A stretch of 64,000 nt of DNA, taken from assembly GCF_009914755.1 (NCBI RefSeq), contig NC_060933.1. One strand, given 5' to 3'. Position 1 is the stretch's first letter; the number at the start of each line of letters is the position of its first letter. The stretch is from the human T2T-CHM13v2.0 reference genome, Homo sapiens. Positions 1 through 16,879 of the stretch are shown here, in pieces. The position numbers were made by a program, and so were the translations under genes. Under the pieces are notes generated by a model. The model saw only the letters and a list, made by a program, of their open reading frames with translations, made no database searches and was not told the DNA's origin.

Positions 1-1859
1 CAAAGGCACAGAACTGGGACTCAACGTGGCTTGTTTGGGAATGAGAAGAATAATCCCAACAACACTGGTGAGCAGAGGACATGGGGAGGTGTCTGGAGGG
101 ATGGGGTGAAGTTAGGTTTTGGAGACAGTGAAGTTTGGACTTACCTAGAAGCCAACAGTAAGATTTATTGACAGAAAATAGGAAACAGGGGAGTGACAAT
201 ATAAGAGCAGGATTTTAAGAAAATAATTCTTGTGGCTCATGAAAGAGGAATTGGCATTGAGGGGCTGGCTTGGAGATTGCTGCAGAAATCCAGCCAGAGG
301 TATTGAAGACCTACAACACATGGTTAGAGGCTCAAAAATATCCATAAGCTGAATGGTTGAATCCTGGATTGAAGAATGGCTGCAGAAATGGAGATAAAAT
401 GTCAACTCAGAGAGGCAATTTAAATGAATAGGTGTCACGTCTCAATGACAAATTGGATACCCAAGTGAATAATTTTATGAAATATCTCTCTAGATGTATA
501 TGTGTACCTTAAATGACTTCCTATATACTTTTCTCAAGGAAATGATATATAATTCCAATTTGGAACTAGATTTCACTTTAGGTCTAATTCAAGCAACAAG
601 GATTAAACGACTGACTTCCTAATGCAAATTTTTGCTCCAGCCAATGGCAGGAACTCCAACATAACCAGTGAGGAAGTTGTTCATGATGGTTCTCATCCAA
701 TTTGGCAGGCTCCATCACCTCAAAGTTTCCCAAGGAACTCACCAAATCTGGGTTATGTGAGAAGAGAATTTGGAAAGGGGATGCCCTTTTCGAGAGCCTT
801 CCTAGATATTGTATTGTCACATTGAAACCTCACATCAACCCTATTGATATGACACACAGATCTTCCTGTTTAACGGCAAAGAAACAGTTACAGAAAGAAA
901 GTGAGAATGAGGCAGGGCCAGCCAGCCAGGTTGTGGATGCACATAAGATCCAGTTTGCTCTTCTCTAAACACATACTTTTCCCTATACAATTCAGGGATT
1001 ATGCTTTCAAACCCAGGGGCATATTTATTCTTTGATTCAAAGTGGCATGCTGTAAATAACTCTCTCTTTCCAAGTGCCCAGACACTAGTCTTTATAAATA
1101 AAAAGAAAAAAAAAGACATGACTGGGGAGTTCCCTGTAGGACAAGAGTCCTTTCTCTAGCGTGACTTGATCCAAAATAAAGTCTAAAAAGAAGCTTTTGT
1201 TCAAAAGGACGCTGTTAGAAATGTGCACCTCTTTTCTTCCAAGCTGCATATGCACCTGTTCCTCAGTCACCTTTGTGCATTCCTCTTCTCAATGGATGTG
1301 TGTTCTGAACTTTGCCTTGATTGATTCCAGAGGATTTTATGTTTAGACTTAGCTCATGGCTGGATCCAGGGGACCTTGTCTTACTTCTCTTCTAGGGCAT
1401 CATCTATTGAATTGACCTGTATCATCTGAAAGGCAGCAAATGTGGTGATGTTTTGAATGCAGCAAGACCATCTCTGCTGTCTCCATAATTTGCTTCAGCT
1501 TCCTATTTCCTCTTCCAAAGAATCCTAGGATGTAATCGCCATGATGTAGAGGAAGGAAGCAGGCAAAGTGGGCACAGAAACGTGGGCTACAGCACATAGC
1601 CAGTGCACCGACAAAGAGTGGAGCTGAATAAGAAAGCATATCTAAAGTTCCTCAGGTCTTATGAATGCTGAGCTTCTATCAGAACATGTGTCAGCTGCAG
1701 CCTGCCAGGGAGCATACCAGGCTGAGGGGCAAAAATGCAATGGCTACTCCCTAAATGTAGGATGGAAAGGAAAATGTACATACCTTTGCTGGTGAGTGTG
1801 TGTGGTGTGGGGGCTTAAATAAGAACAGGGTTTGGGGAAAAATTAGGGTTTCACCAATA

Positions 1860-2350
1860 AATATTCATCGATACCTTTGTGTTTGTCAGGATAATATGCT
1901 AGTTGGTAAGGATATAGCAAAGAAGATAGAATTCATGTTGGAGACTGGCACTAATGTGATCACACAAATATCATAAACTGTGTTTAATGAAGGAAAAAAT
2001 TCTATGAAGGTATGAATGTGTATAAGAAGAAGTTCTGATTTAGCTTGAGCAGGGAGCCATTGCAGGCAGGAGGCGGGAGCAAGGCATGAGGAGAAAGTGT
2101 TCCAGTGTGTTCTAAGCCTATTGTGCAAAATAAGGCCAGTGAGGCTGGGGGAGAGAGGGGAATAACCCAGGGATGGAGAGGTGGGTGAGAATCAACTCAG
2201 GCAGTGCTCTGTGGGCTACAATGAGCGTTCTGATACCTGATTGATGGAAAATTTACTTTGATCACTAATTGTTGGGACCCTTGATGGGTTTTAGTGGATA
2301 GGTAAAGTGACTGAATTTGTAGTTTTTAAAGATTATTCTGGCCATATGTA
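1860..2350 (-). mobile_element. L2 (LINE2) fragment, highly diverged
   Basis: aataaatattcatcgatacc...aaggccagtgaggctgg...tttttaaagattattctggc resembles the L2 3' region read antisense; boundaries approximate. Confidence 0.5.
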
Positions 2351-2612
2351 AGGAATTAGAACACTGAAAGCTTACATATGGATAATCAGTATCTAGTAAG
2401 ATATAGTGAAGTTGTCACCTTGTGGGCAAGATGAATAGACAAAGGAGAGGGGTCAGTTTTTGTTCAGCATCTTTTATACACCAAGGACTGTGATAAGGAT
2501 TTAGAGATTCTCATTTTATTTAATCTCCATAACCTTTCTATGATGTAGGTGGTATTTCTGTCCTTTGACAGATTAGGGAATACTTACTTTAGACAAATTT
2601 ATCCATTCAGGG

Positions 2613-2709
2613 ATCTATCCATGCATCCATCCATCCATCCATCCATCCTTGCATTCATCCATCCATCCGTCCATCCATCCATCCATCCATCCATCCATCC
2701 ATCTATCCA
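2613..2709. repeat. (CCAT)n tetranucleotide microsatellite
   Basis: direct: atccatccatccatcc... with a few interruptions. Confidence 0.95.
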
Positions 2710-2734
2710 CCAGCTTATTTACTCACCCACCTAA

Positions 2735-2920
2735 CCCAATATTTTACTGAGCACTACAATGAAGGTACCTGGTTAGGCACTGAGGTTATATTGGTAAACA
2801 AGACATGGTCCATACCCTCAATGAGCTCGTAGTCTAGTAGAGATGCAAATAAGTAAATGGGTGATTACAGTTAAGTGGAGAAAGTTCTGTAATGTGGTTA
2901 AGCCCATAGTGCTTGGAAGA
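2735..2920 (-). mobile_element. L2 3' end fragment
   Basis: atattttactgagcactac...ggcactgagg...aagacatggtccataccctcaatgagctcgtagtctagt is typical of the L2 tail; the adjacent (CCAT)n is plausibly its expanded tail. Confidence 0.6.
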
Positions 2921-3586
2921 GCAAGGTCAAAGCACCCAGCCTCATGGTGGTAGGTCAGAAATCTTACCCAAGGTCTCATAACCAGTGCCTTGAGTGTCAG
3001 AACCAAATCCCAAATCCATGTAGGGCTGCTTAATCTGAAACCAAAATGGTTTTCATTTTACCATTATGTAAAGTAATTATGCAAAGAATTACTTTGGATT
3101 TTTTGTAAAGTGTCTGAAAACATGTGACCCATGTTGACTAAATCCCACTGAAGTTTGGCTGCTATGAGCGGTGTGAATAAGTGCAACCAAGGCTGGCAGA
3201 CCTTGGCTACCCTCACCCCACCACTAGACTTGGCTAGAGCCAGACCACTCTGGAAGCCTTGAGCACTGGGGCCTCCATAAGCACCTGCCCAGGACAGGGC
3301 GTGCATTTAATGAGCTCTGCTATGGCAGAGGGGCACCTGGCACCTCAGCCGATGGAAACAGCCTCTCTGGCCAAACAAAAATGAAGTGCACAGGCTGCCA
3401 ACGTTTTGGAGCATGAGAGAAAGAAATCTGGGTTGAGTGAGGAACAGCTATTAATTATAATCTCAGTTCGGGCCTTAGAGTAGTGAGAAGTGCTTCTGGA
3501 AATCACTTGTCTCAGAGAAAATGAGAGTGCTGGCCCTCATTCTGTTCCAACCCAAGGGGCCACAGGGGCCTTGCAGGGATGCATGA

Positions 3587-3590
3587 ACAC

Positions 3591-3685
<95 letters not shown>

Positions 3686-3720
3686 CACACTCTCTCTCTC
3701 TCTCACACACACACACACAA
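3587..3720. repeat. Compound microsatellite (CA)n with 20-bp higher-order period, then (TC)7 and (AC)n
   Basis: direct: AAA interruptions at 3609, 3629, 3649 and 3669; tctctc at 3691-3704. Confidence 0.97.
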
Positions 3721-3904
3721 ATGCTTTACTGAACACTAATTATGTGTCAAGTATGACACTCAGTGTTTGCCTACATTATCTTAGCTTCTTCCTACAACAG
3801 CTCCATAGTATTTCTTAATCATTATATATTCCCTCTCAGTGGAGTAAAAATATAGACTCCCTCCGCTTCGCCCTCCACTTAGCTTTTCCAAACTCTTTCT
3901 GTGT

Positions 3905-4278
3905 TTTTAATTTTTAATTTTTATGGCTACATAATAATTGTACATATTTAGGGGCTACATGTGATATTTTCATATGTATACAATGTGTAATGATTAAATC
4001 TGGGTGACTGCAATATTCATCACCTCACATGTTCATCATTTCTTTGGTTGGGGATATTCCAAATCTTTTCTTCTAGCTATTTTGAAATGGACAATAAATT
4101 ATTGTTAACTATAGTTGCCCTATTTTGTTTTTGAACACTAGAACTTATTTCTTCTATCTAACTGTATTTTTGTACCCATTAACCAACACTTCTTCATCCC
4201 CCCCTTCCCACTACCCTTCCCAGCTTCTAGTTACCACCATTCTAATCACTGCCTCTATGAGATCAATTTTTCTATCTC
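3905..4278 (-). mobile_element. L1MA-type 3' end (5'-truncated)
   Basis: ttgtacatatttaggggctacatgtgatattt...ctagctattttgaaat...gatcaattttt matches the L1MA 3'UTR; degenerate TSD tccaaactctttctg (3887-3901) / tccagactcttttctg (4277-4292). Confidence 0.85.
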
Positions 4279-5429
4279 CAGACTCTTTTCTGACTTTTAA
4301 CAAGTTTATGAAAAAGGGTAAGTTACTTTGAAAATATACTATTTGGCATTGACATCTTTTTTCCCACTGTGATCCGAGGAAGGGAGCCAACATTTATGAC
4401 TTGGGTCTTTGAAGGGAATTACGCTGCATCATCCCAGATGACCATAGGAAGGAGAAATGTGGTCTTTTATTTGGAGGGAGTGGTGGAAAGAGTTTTACAG
4501 GAGTGGAGGAGACTGAGCATCTTCTGCCTAGAGAGGGGATGTATCTGAGTAGCAGACACTGGCCTGGGAAATGAAAGTGTGCTGCCATGTCTGTGTGCAA
4601 TGAGAAGAACCACTATGCAAAGCATCTCAGTGCCTTATGGAGTAGCTGTGCCTTGGATCAACGTTTGTAGTCAAAGGACTCAGCATACAGGGGGAAACTA
4701 CATCCACTGCCATAAAATAAGGACCTGTTCTCTACTTTATTCCTAAAAGTTACTCCACCCTCAAGGAATAGAGAGGCAGTACTAGAAGGGGGAAGCTCAC
4801 ATATTCTATAAATATTTCCATAGACACTGCTCATAAACCCACAAAACAAGCCCATTCACTCATACACACAAATTCACAATCATACGAACTCAGTAATATA
4901 CACAGCGCTTCTATCATTCACTCATTTTTTTAGTGACCGCAAATGTATGCATATATGGGTGTGTGTGCATGTATGTATGTGCAAGTACATGTGTGCATCT
5001 ATGTGTGTGCATTAATTCGGGGGACAGGGATGCCAGGGGGCCATCTGAATGATCCATTTAGGGCTGCACATGAAAGTAATAGATTTCTTAAAGACACAAA
5101 TTAACATTATTGAGTGACATAGAAAAAGGGAGGGAGAGGGAGAGAAAGAGAGATGGCCAGTAAGAGAAGCCTCCTTGATTAGGGGACAGGGTGTCTTTCA
5201 TTATATGCAAAATCAAGGCCAAGGCAGATGGGCGACTGCCTACCTGCCATGTTGGAAATCTCTTCTCCACCCCAAAGTCTCCCCTTAGTAATTCTTCAGC
5301 ACCCTGGATCATCTCCCACAAGTCACTCTTTGAGCTTAGGGAAAAGTGCTTATGTTTTGGCAGGGGTTGGAGGGGAGATGTTTATGTATTAACTCTCTAT
5401 CCATTTAGTGAGTTAGTTACAATCTTGTC

Positions 5430-5650
5430 CTAGAGATAAGGTTAAATCCTGTTTGCACTACTAATTATCTGAATGATTTTGGCAACCTTTTGTACCTCTC
5501 TTAGCTGCCATCTTCTCATGTATAAAATGGTTTTTGTTCTTTTTTGTTTGTTTTTGTTACTGGTGTCATTTTTACACTATAGCATGGTGAAGAGGATTAA
5601 ATGAGGAGATGCAAATGAAGTAGAAGTCTCATTCAACACTATCATTGTCT
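5430..5650. mobile_element. MIR SINE
   Basis: ttaaatcctgtttgcactactaattatctgaatgattttggcaa...ctcatgtataaaatgg...gtgaagaggattaaatgag MIR core. Confidence 0.7.
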
Positions 5651-6799
5651 TCACAAGCCATTGATCTCTTATGTAAGATGTAGTGGCAGATTGACCAGTT
5701 CTGTGACTGCAAATCACAGAAGATGAGCAATAGGATGAATATCTTTTGATATGAAAGAGGGAATGAGGAACTGCCAAGGATGAGGGGATGTTCATCAGGA
5801 AAAGCAGAGCTGAGTAGGGTCCGGAGTTGATGGTGATGGGAGGGCAAACTTTCACATGTGTGTAGGTGTGGGGATGATGGCCCTGTAATAGCAACAGTTA
5901 CTTTAGTCTCTTCAAGCTTGATGGGAGGTCAGTCAAATATCGTCTGTCACCAGGACTGCCCTATTCTAAGTTCCTGCCAGAGCCCTGTGTCTTGCAACCT
6001 GAGAGCCTGAACAGACAGAGATTTGCTAGACCAATCCTATCATGGTCCAGAAGAAAGCAGTGCAGGTCAGAGAGGAAGGACATGTGTCCAAAGTCATACA
6101 GCAGGCCCGCTCTGGAGTTAGGTCTGGAACTTAGGTAATTGGATGCCAATTAGAACACATTTCAATGACTGCACTGTCTCAAATCAAATTCCAGGACCAG
6201 TCTGTGATAGAGGTCTTTATTACCCCAGCTCCCTTGTATTGTAGCTTACCTGACCTGACGCTGCCACTAGCTAACTATGGCCCTCAGGGGCACCCTGTTA
6301 CTCTCTCTGTTTGTAAATTGGGTGGCTGATCTGAATGGTTTCTAAGGTCCCTTTAGCTTTGATGGTCTGTGCTTCCCCGGCTCACGTGTCGTGGAAACTG
6401 TCAGATACCCGAGTAGGAGGAGGACGCAGCATGACAGGTGGTGTCCCTGACTCTGGAGGGGGACTTGGCAGAGCTGCCTCCTCTGATGGGGATGGGGAGG
6501 GTGGGAGCTGGCAGGAGGATCCACCCACTTTGGACAAAAGCTATGATTCACCAAGTGGAGGAAGGAAGGAGGGAGGCACCTCAGCCAGTAGCATGGGACA
6601 TTCCACAAAAGGTGTCTGTGATCTTCTAAGCTCTGAATCCCCAGGCCTTTACTGTGCACAAAAGGCTTGTAGCTGACTCAGGCAAACCCCAAAATTTTAA
6701 TCCACAATGTTCTCACTGAGATTCAAGGAGAACATTATTTTTGTGATAAAGATATTTCAGGATGACTCAGCGAATTTTCATGACTCAGTTCTCCATGCC

Positions 6800-7390
6800 A
6801 TAGCCAGACAAATCTTTCTAAAATAAAAATTGGGTCATGGCATTTTCTAGCTGAAAACCTTTCAGGGACTTCCTCAATCCTTGCTGTGGCCTCCAGAGTC
6901 TTGTGAGATGTGGCCTTTGCCTGCCTCTCTGGCCTCCTTCTAGCCCATACTTCCCCACTCATTGCAACAGTCCACTCACAGTCGTCCCATCCTTTTCTCA
7001 AAGAACCCAACTCATTCCCATTTCATTGCTTTTGTATGTTCTGTTCTTGCCACCAGGAATTTTGTTCTCCCCACTCTTTGACCATCTATCACTGATTTTT
7101 CTTCACTCTTTGATTATGTATCAATTTATCAGGAAAGCTCTTCTTACCCTTTCTCACTCTAAATGATGATCCTGTTTCTTATTCTGGTTCACACTATTTT
7201 AACATCATCGTTGTCCTCTTGACACTTACCTAAATTTGTAATTCTGTATTTATTTAGGCTTATTTGTTGCTCTCTCTCTCTCTCCCTCCCTATTATTGCC
7301 AAGCCTCCCAAGACCAAGAAACATGTTTATTCTTCTCATCCCTGAAATGTCAGTCCATAGCACAGTGCCTGGCAAAGTAGTGAACACTGA
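6800..7390 (+). mobile_element. L2 fragment with 3' end
   Basis: pyrimidine-rich body ending catagcacagtgcctggcaaagtagtgaacact (L2 tail). Confidence 0.65.
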
Positions 7391-7762
7391 GGAAGATTTT
7401 TTTTGTTCGCTTTAAAAAAAAATAAATGTATAATCATTGAGTCCAAACATCAGGAATAACTGCCATAAAGCGCAGAATGTGCATGGTCTTTCCCAAAGGG
7501 GCTTTGGGGAACTTGTGCATTTAAGTAAATCAGTGCTTTTGTCACCCCTCTGGGGAAGAGTCACTTTAGAACCATGCAATGTCCAGAGTGCTACAAACAG
7601 CATCCAACTTAACGGTTTCAAATTCTCTTTTAGTCATGAGCCTGTTTCTCAGCCAAAGCTGTGTCCAAACCCCAACATATAAACCACATGAAATCAAAGG
7701 TCTCTGGCTAATGTAGGGGCTGGGGCAGAGGGGAAGGAATTTTTAGAATCTTCACTCTTCCC

Positions 7763-7980
7763 TAGTGGTGTACCTAGGGTGGCGCAGGAGGGTGTTTCAC
7801 TTTGGGGTGTAGGCAATAGGGGGTATATTATCTGTAGCGAATTTAAAAACAATAATGCAATCGATAAACAACAAATATAAACCAATAATATTAACTAAAA
7901 TTTGGTCTGTTTTTCAATAGGCAGTGCTAGACAGTATCAATGATAAAATGCTCTTCCCTGTCCCCCATCCCCTCCCAACA
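7763..7980. mobile_element. hAT-family DNA transposon fragment (Arthur1/Tip100-like)
   Basis: tagtggtgtacc start and ggcaatagggggtatattatctgtagcgaatttaaaaacaataat...gtcaatgataaaatgctc-like core recalled from a hAT consensus; subfamily uncertain. Confidence 0.5.
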
Positions 7981-8214
7981 CACATACATTATTTGTATGC
8001 TTCGGATCCTCTGGCTTTTCTCCATGAAATTCTTATCCAAAGCCCTCATTATAGAAGAAACTGACTTGGTCAGACTATAGGAGCTCCCATGTGGGGCAAG
8101 CCCAGAATGAGGGCATGCAAATGGAATTAAGTCAACCTATGTTGAGCATAAGTTCAAAGGGCTTTAGTGTTACCCTTCTGGGTACTCCCAGGACAGAAGC
8201 TTTTGTCTTTGAAA

Positions 8215-8460
8215 GACAGGATTGGATCGAGGTTAAGGGCAAGGACTGTGCAGCCAGCCAGCCTGGATTCAAATCTCAGCTGTGTCCTTTACTAATGTGT
8301 TGAGCTTAGGTAACTTACTTGAGCTCTTTAAGCTTAAGTCTTCATTTACAAAATGTAGAAAGGAAAGTGACCTATCTCTGAGTATTACTTTGATAATCAG
8401 AAAAGGTAATCAAGGTTAATTGTTTAGCAAGGGAGTAATCACTAGTACATGTGAACTATA
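8215..8460. mobile_element. MIR SINE
   Basis: ggttaagggcaaggactgtgcagccagccagcctggattcaaatctcagc...cttcatttacaaaatg. Confidence 0.75.
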
Positions 8461-9404
8461 GTCCTTGCTTGGGATTTACATATCTGGTATCCTCTTTATT
8501 CTGATGCCTGGTTTCTGGCTGTTGGATAAAACACACATGGTATCAGGGTATCTTTGACTCCAATATTTTAGGGGAACCTCTCTCCATGTGGAGATGCTAC
8601 TTGGTAGGGGTTGACTATACAAGATGTTGAGATCCACATGAATCCCAGGAATATCTGATGGAAACCCTAAAAAAAATATGAAAACTTTCATCTTTCTGCT
8701 TGGACTTGATAATCTAATGACTGAGCTCAAGGAGGAGGATTAGGACTGTTCTTGTGCTCTGGACATAGCCAGAAGTGCTATCATTAACAAAATAATAATG
8801 AAAAGTAGCTCTCTAGATTCCTTCTATCTGGTCAGGGCATCTCTGAAAGAAAGGCAGCAGGCCCAGTTAGGGGCTTATAGATAAAATTCCCATCTCCCTG
8901 GGACAAAGCACCTGGGGGAAGTGGCAGCTGTGGGTGCAGCTTCAGCAGACTCAAATGTTCCTGCCTGCTGGCTTTGAAGAGAGCAGCAGGTCTCCCAGCA
9001 CAGTGCTTGAGCTCTGCTAAGGGACAGACTGCCTCCTCAAGTGGGTCTCTGAACCCTGTGCCTCCTGACTGGGAAACATTTCCCAAAAGGGGTCGACAGA
9101 CACCTCATACAGGAGAGCTCCAGCTGGCATCTGGCAGGTGCCCCTCTGGGACAAAGCTTCCAGAGGAAGGAACAGGCAGAAATCTTTGCTGTTCTGCAGC
9201 CTCCACTGGTGATACCCTGACAAACAGGGTCTGGAGTGGACCCTAGCAAACTGCAGCAGACCTGCAGCAGAGGGGCCTGACTACTAGAAGGAAAACTAGC
9301 AAACAGAAAGGAATAGCATCAGCATAAACAAAAAGAATGTTCACACAAAAACCCCATCTGAAAGTCACCAACATCAAAGACCAAAGGTAGATAAATCCAT
9401 GAAG

Positions 9405-10430
9405 ATGAGGAAAAACCAGTGCAAAAAGGCTGAAAATTCCAAAAACCAGAACTCCTCTTCTCCTCCAAAGGATCACAACTCCTCACCAACAAGGGAACAA
9501 AACTGGATGGAGAATGAATTTGATGAACTGACAGAAGTAGGCTTCAGAAGGTGGGTAATAACAAACTCCTCTGAACTAAAGGAGCATGTTCTAACCTAAT
9601 GCAAGGAAGCTAGGAACCTCAAAAAAAGGTTAGAGGAATTGCTAACTAGAATAACCAGTTTAGGGAAGAACATAAATGACCTGATGGAGCTGAAAAACAC
9701 AGCATGAGAACTTCATGAAGCACACACAAGTATCAATAGCCGAATCGATCAAGTGGAAGAAAGGATATCAGAGATTGAAGATCAACTTAATGAAATAAAG
9801 CATGAAGACCGTATTAGAGAGAAAAGAATGAAGAGAAAGGAACAAATCCTCCATGAAATATGGGACAATGTGGAAAGATCAAACCTATATTTGATTGGTA
9901 CACCTGAAAGTGACAGGGAGAATGAAGCCAAGTTGGAAAACATTCTTCAAGATATTGTCCAGGAGAACTTTCCCAACCTAGCAAGACAGGCCAACATTCA
10001 AATTCAAGAACTGCAGAGAACACCACAAAGATAATTCTCGAGAAGAGCAACCCCAAGACACATAAGCATCAGATTCACCAAGGATGAAATGAAGGAAAAA
10101 ATGTTAAAGGCAGCCAGACAGAAAGGTCAAGTTACCCACAAAGGGAAGCCCATCAGAATAATGGTGTATCTCTCTGCAGAAACCCTACAAGCCAGAAGAG
10201 AGTGGGGGCCAACATTCAACATTCTTAAAGAAAAGAATTTTCAACCCAGAATTTCACATCCAGCCAAACTAAGCTTCATTAGCAAAGGAGAAATAAAATC
10301 CTTTAAAGACAAGCAAATGCTGAGAGATTTTGTTACCACCAGGCTTGCCTTATAAAAGCTCCTGAAGGAAACACTAAATATAGAAAGGAAAAACCGGTAC
10401 CAGACACTGAAAAAACATACCGAATTGCAA
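9405..10430 (+). pseudogene. L1 ORF1p (RNA-binding chaperone), disrupted by stops
   Basis: fragments MRKNQCKKAENSKNQ..., ERISEIEDQLNEIK..., ARREWGPTFNILKEKNFQPRISHPAKLSF...RDFVTTR in the ORF track. Confidence 0.93.
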
Positions 10431-10493
10431 AGACCATCGACACTATGAAGAAACCGAATCAACTAATGGGCAAAATAAAGAGCTAGCGTCATA

Positions 10494-13932
<3,439 letters not shown>

Positions 13933-14147
13933 AAAATGAGAACACATGGACACAGGGAGGGGAACATTACACACTGGGGCCTCTTGGGGGTTTGAGGGGC
14001 TAGGGGAGGGATAGCATTAGGAGAAATACCTAATGTAGGTGACGAGTTGATGGGTGCAGCAAACCAACATGTTACGTGTATACCTATGTAACAAACCTTC
14101 ACTTCCTGCACATGTACCCCAGAACTTAAAGTATAATTTAAAAAAAA

Positions 14148-14235
14148 TCCAATGAAACCCCTATTCAAATCTATGTCACTAGTTCTTGAAATGTGGTTAC
14201 TGTTGGTTTGAATAAAGGCATTTTGTCCATCCCTT
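14148..14235 (+). other. Putative L1 3' transduced flank (88 bp)
   Basis: non-L1 sequence between the L1 A-tail and the 3' TSD copy; AATAAA at 14211-14216, 19 nt before the A-run at 14236. Confidence 0.8.
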
Positions 14236-14489
14236 AAAAAAATAATAATGAAAAGTGAAAGTTTTTTTAGAGTTAGGTTTGAGATACTGGTTTTTCTTCT
14301 TCCACAATCCTGGCAGGCCTCATGGGTTCCCTTGGACAAGATTAATTTCCTCTTGTCTGTCTTACCTTAAAACTCCCAGTAAAGCCAGAGCACACTCAGC
14401 GTTTTAGAAGCAGAAACACCACATTGCACAGTACGTCTTACTGATACATTGATGAGTTATATTTTTAAAGAGAGAAAAGGAGTCATAAA

Positions 14490-14700
14490 ACATTTACTGC
14501 ATTCTACCAGGAGCCTGGTGCTGTGTAAGACACTTCTTGTAGGGCATTTCATTTAATCCCTGTAATAATCCTTCAAGATATTCCCATTTGTCTGATTGGA
14601 AAATTGATGCTCAAGAAGTAAAATAACTTGTCCAAGGCTATGCAGCTTAGAGGGAATACAGCAAGTATCAGAACCCAGGTCCAAGAGACTCTGAAGTCTT
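14490..14700. mobile_element. MIR SINE
   Basis: catttcatttaatccc...gaaaattgatgctcaagaagtaaaataacttgtccaaggc...agaacccagg. Confidence 0.7.
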
Positions 14701-14975
14701 TACTGTTTCTTCTATTTTACTCTGTTGTCCTTTTCAAATTTTATTCTCAAGCATTAATTTATTTATTGTTAAAACAGCCTTGGGAGGTAGAGGACACTGT
14801 GTCCATTTTAGAGAAGGAATCAGAACTTGAAAAGGGATAACAATGGGTGTCCCTTGTCACATAACAATTTTGAGGGCACAGCTGCGTATAAGAAATGCAG
14901 TGTTTGTTAATGAAAAACCTCCCTCCACTATGCCTTGGAGGATCTCAAATCCTTTGTAACTCCCTAGCATCTTTT

Positions 14976-15211
14976 ATTTTATTTAGTTTATTTTTTTAAT
15001 TACACTTTAAGTTCTAGGGTACATGTGCAGAATGTGCAGGTTTGTTACATAGGTATACACGTGCCATGGTGGTTTGCTGCACCCATCAACCTGTCACCTA
15101 CATTAGGTATTTCTCCTAATGCTATCCCTCCCTTACCCCCCACTCCCAGACAGGCCCCAGTGTGTGATATTCCCCTCCCTGTGTCCATGTGTTTTCATTG
15201 TTCAACTCCCA
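14976..15211 (-). mobile_element. Short L1PA 3' end (~235 bp)
   Basis: ttacactttaagttctagggtacatgtgcag...; TSD ccctagcatctttt (14962-14975) / ccccagcatctttt (15212-15225). Confidence 0.95.
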
Positions 15212-16879
15212 CCCCAGCATCTTTTCTAAGGGAGGTAGAGAAAGGACAAGGGAAGGTGAATAATTTTTAGAAGGCCATACAGTAAAATATTTCTCAGTCT
15301 TGCATCTGTAGGGCTTTGGAGAACCTCCTCTAATGGGCTCTGCTTCAAGGTTTTCGGAAACAAAAGCTTTGTTCTGGATCCCTGTGGCATCAGATCTTGG
15401 GTGGAATGGAATTTTCCATTGATTGAGTGAAATTGACTTCTGAGTGACAACATCCTCCTACCTAGAACCTAAATTGAGTCCAGGATTTATGTTCTAGGCA
15501 CTGCCATGAAATTCATGAGCCCTTGTCTCTGGGGACTGGACTGTCAAGCTTGGTGTGGGCAGGTGCCCATGCTGAAGCCCATCTCTTAGAGCTGAAGGGT
15601 GATTTCTGCTCTGTTAGCAGAAAGGAGCACATGGAGAAACCCACTCATCCTGCAGGTCCTAGAACATATTAGTCATGATGATGACTACTGATGACTCTAA
15701 GCAATGCAAGATATAGCACAGAACGGTAGAGGGAAGAGAGCCTCTAAGATTGAACAGGTCAGCTTCAAAATAGTTTCCAGATGAGGAAACTGAGGCCCAG
15801 AGTGCAATCGTGACTGTTGGGGCTGAGCAGTGTTCCTCTGACTTTTTTATGTGTGGGTGTGGCTGTGTTACAATAAAGCCAGCTCAGCTCCTGCTTATCA
15901 CATGCACTTGCCACCTGGCCATTGCAATTATATCTATTCATTCATCAGACAAATATGTAGAAAGTGCTTACACATGCCAACACTGTCCTGGATTCAGGTA
16001 TACAATAGCAAATTAAATAAGGACCCTGCTTTCCTGGAGCCTGGACTTCACAGATTCTTCTCAAGTATTACCTCCTGAGTGAAGCCTTGTCAGGTCACTC
16101 CAGACATAAATGGTCCATCTTTCAATATTTTTTTAGAGCATATAAGACCAGAAACTTAGTAATGCCTGACAAATATTTCTTGAATTATTTAATTAACTCA
16201 GCTAGTTAGTCATCCACAAACACTTCTTCAGCATTTTCTATGTGCAAGGTCCTACCTTGGGGTTTATCATATGCTGATTAGTATTACGATTCTCTGTATG
16301 CATGATTTGTCTTCTCAACTCTAACACAGACTCCTTCACAATGATACAGGCTATTTGTCACATGTGTATGTATATTGTACTTGAAGTTTACTCGGAGTTA
16401 GATATCTACTTAGTGTATGTTATTAGAAGGAGAGAGGAAGATGGCCAGCCCTGTCAACTTTTTGAAGCTCCATAATAAGAGAACATATTATCGTTACCAT
16501 TTCAAAGGCAAAGAAACTATAGATTTTGTAGGTAGGTCATACTAAGAACCAGAATTAGAACCGCGGACTTCTGAATATGGGTCTGAGACCTTTATTCTCT
16601 TTGGGTAAGACATAGGATGTTAGAGTAAATTCAGGAGAAAGAGCTCTCAGAAGTTACCTGTAGAGTGAGGAATCCTAGCCACCTTCTGGGAGGGTCATGG
16701 CAATCTTCCCTTCATGCATCAATGCCCTTGGCAATCCATTCTGGAACTGAAAAACCTTAATTTCCAGGAAGTCCCTCTTTATAGCCAACTGGAATCTCTC
16801 CATCCTGCTTTGCATTGGTTCTGACCTCCAGGGAAATGGAGCTTAATGACCTTAGAGCTTTTGTCTAACATAATGCTTA

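Noticed and set aside
3475-3818. CVCVCV / THTHTH ORFs
   Set aside because: Translations of the (CA)n microsatellite
8832-9476. Several antisense ORFs over the L1 5'UTR
   Set aside because: Generic L1 5'UTR antisense frames; no intact ORF0 with its splice donors could be supported
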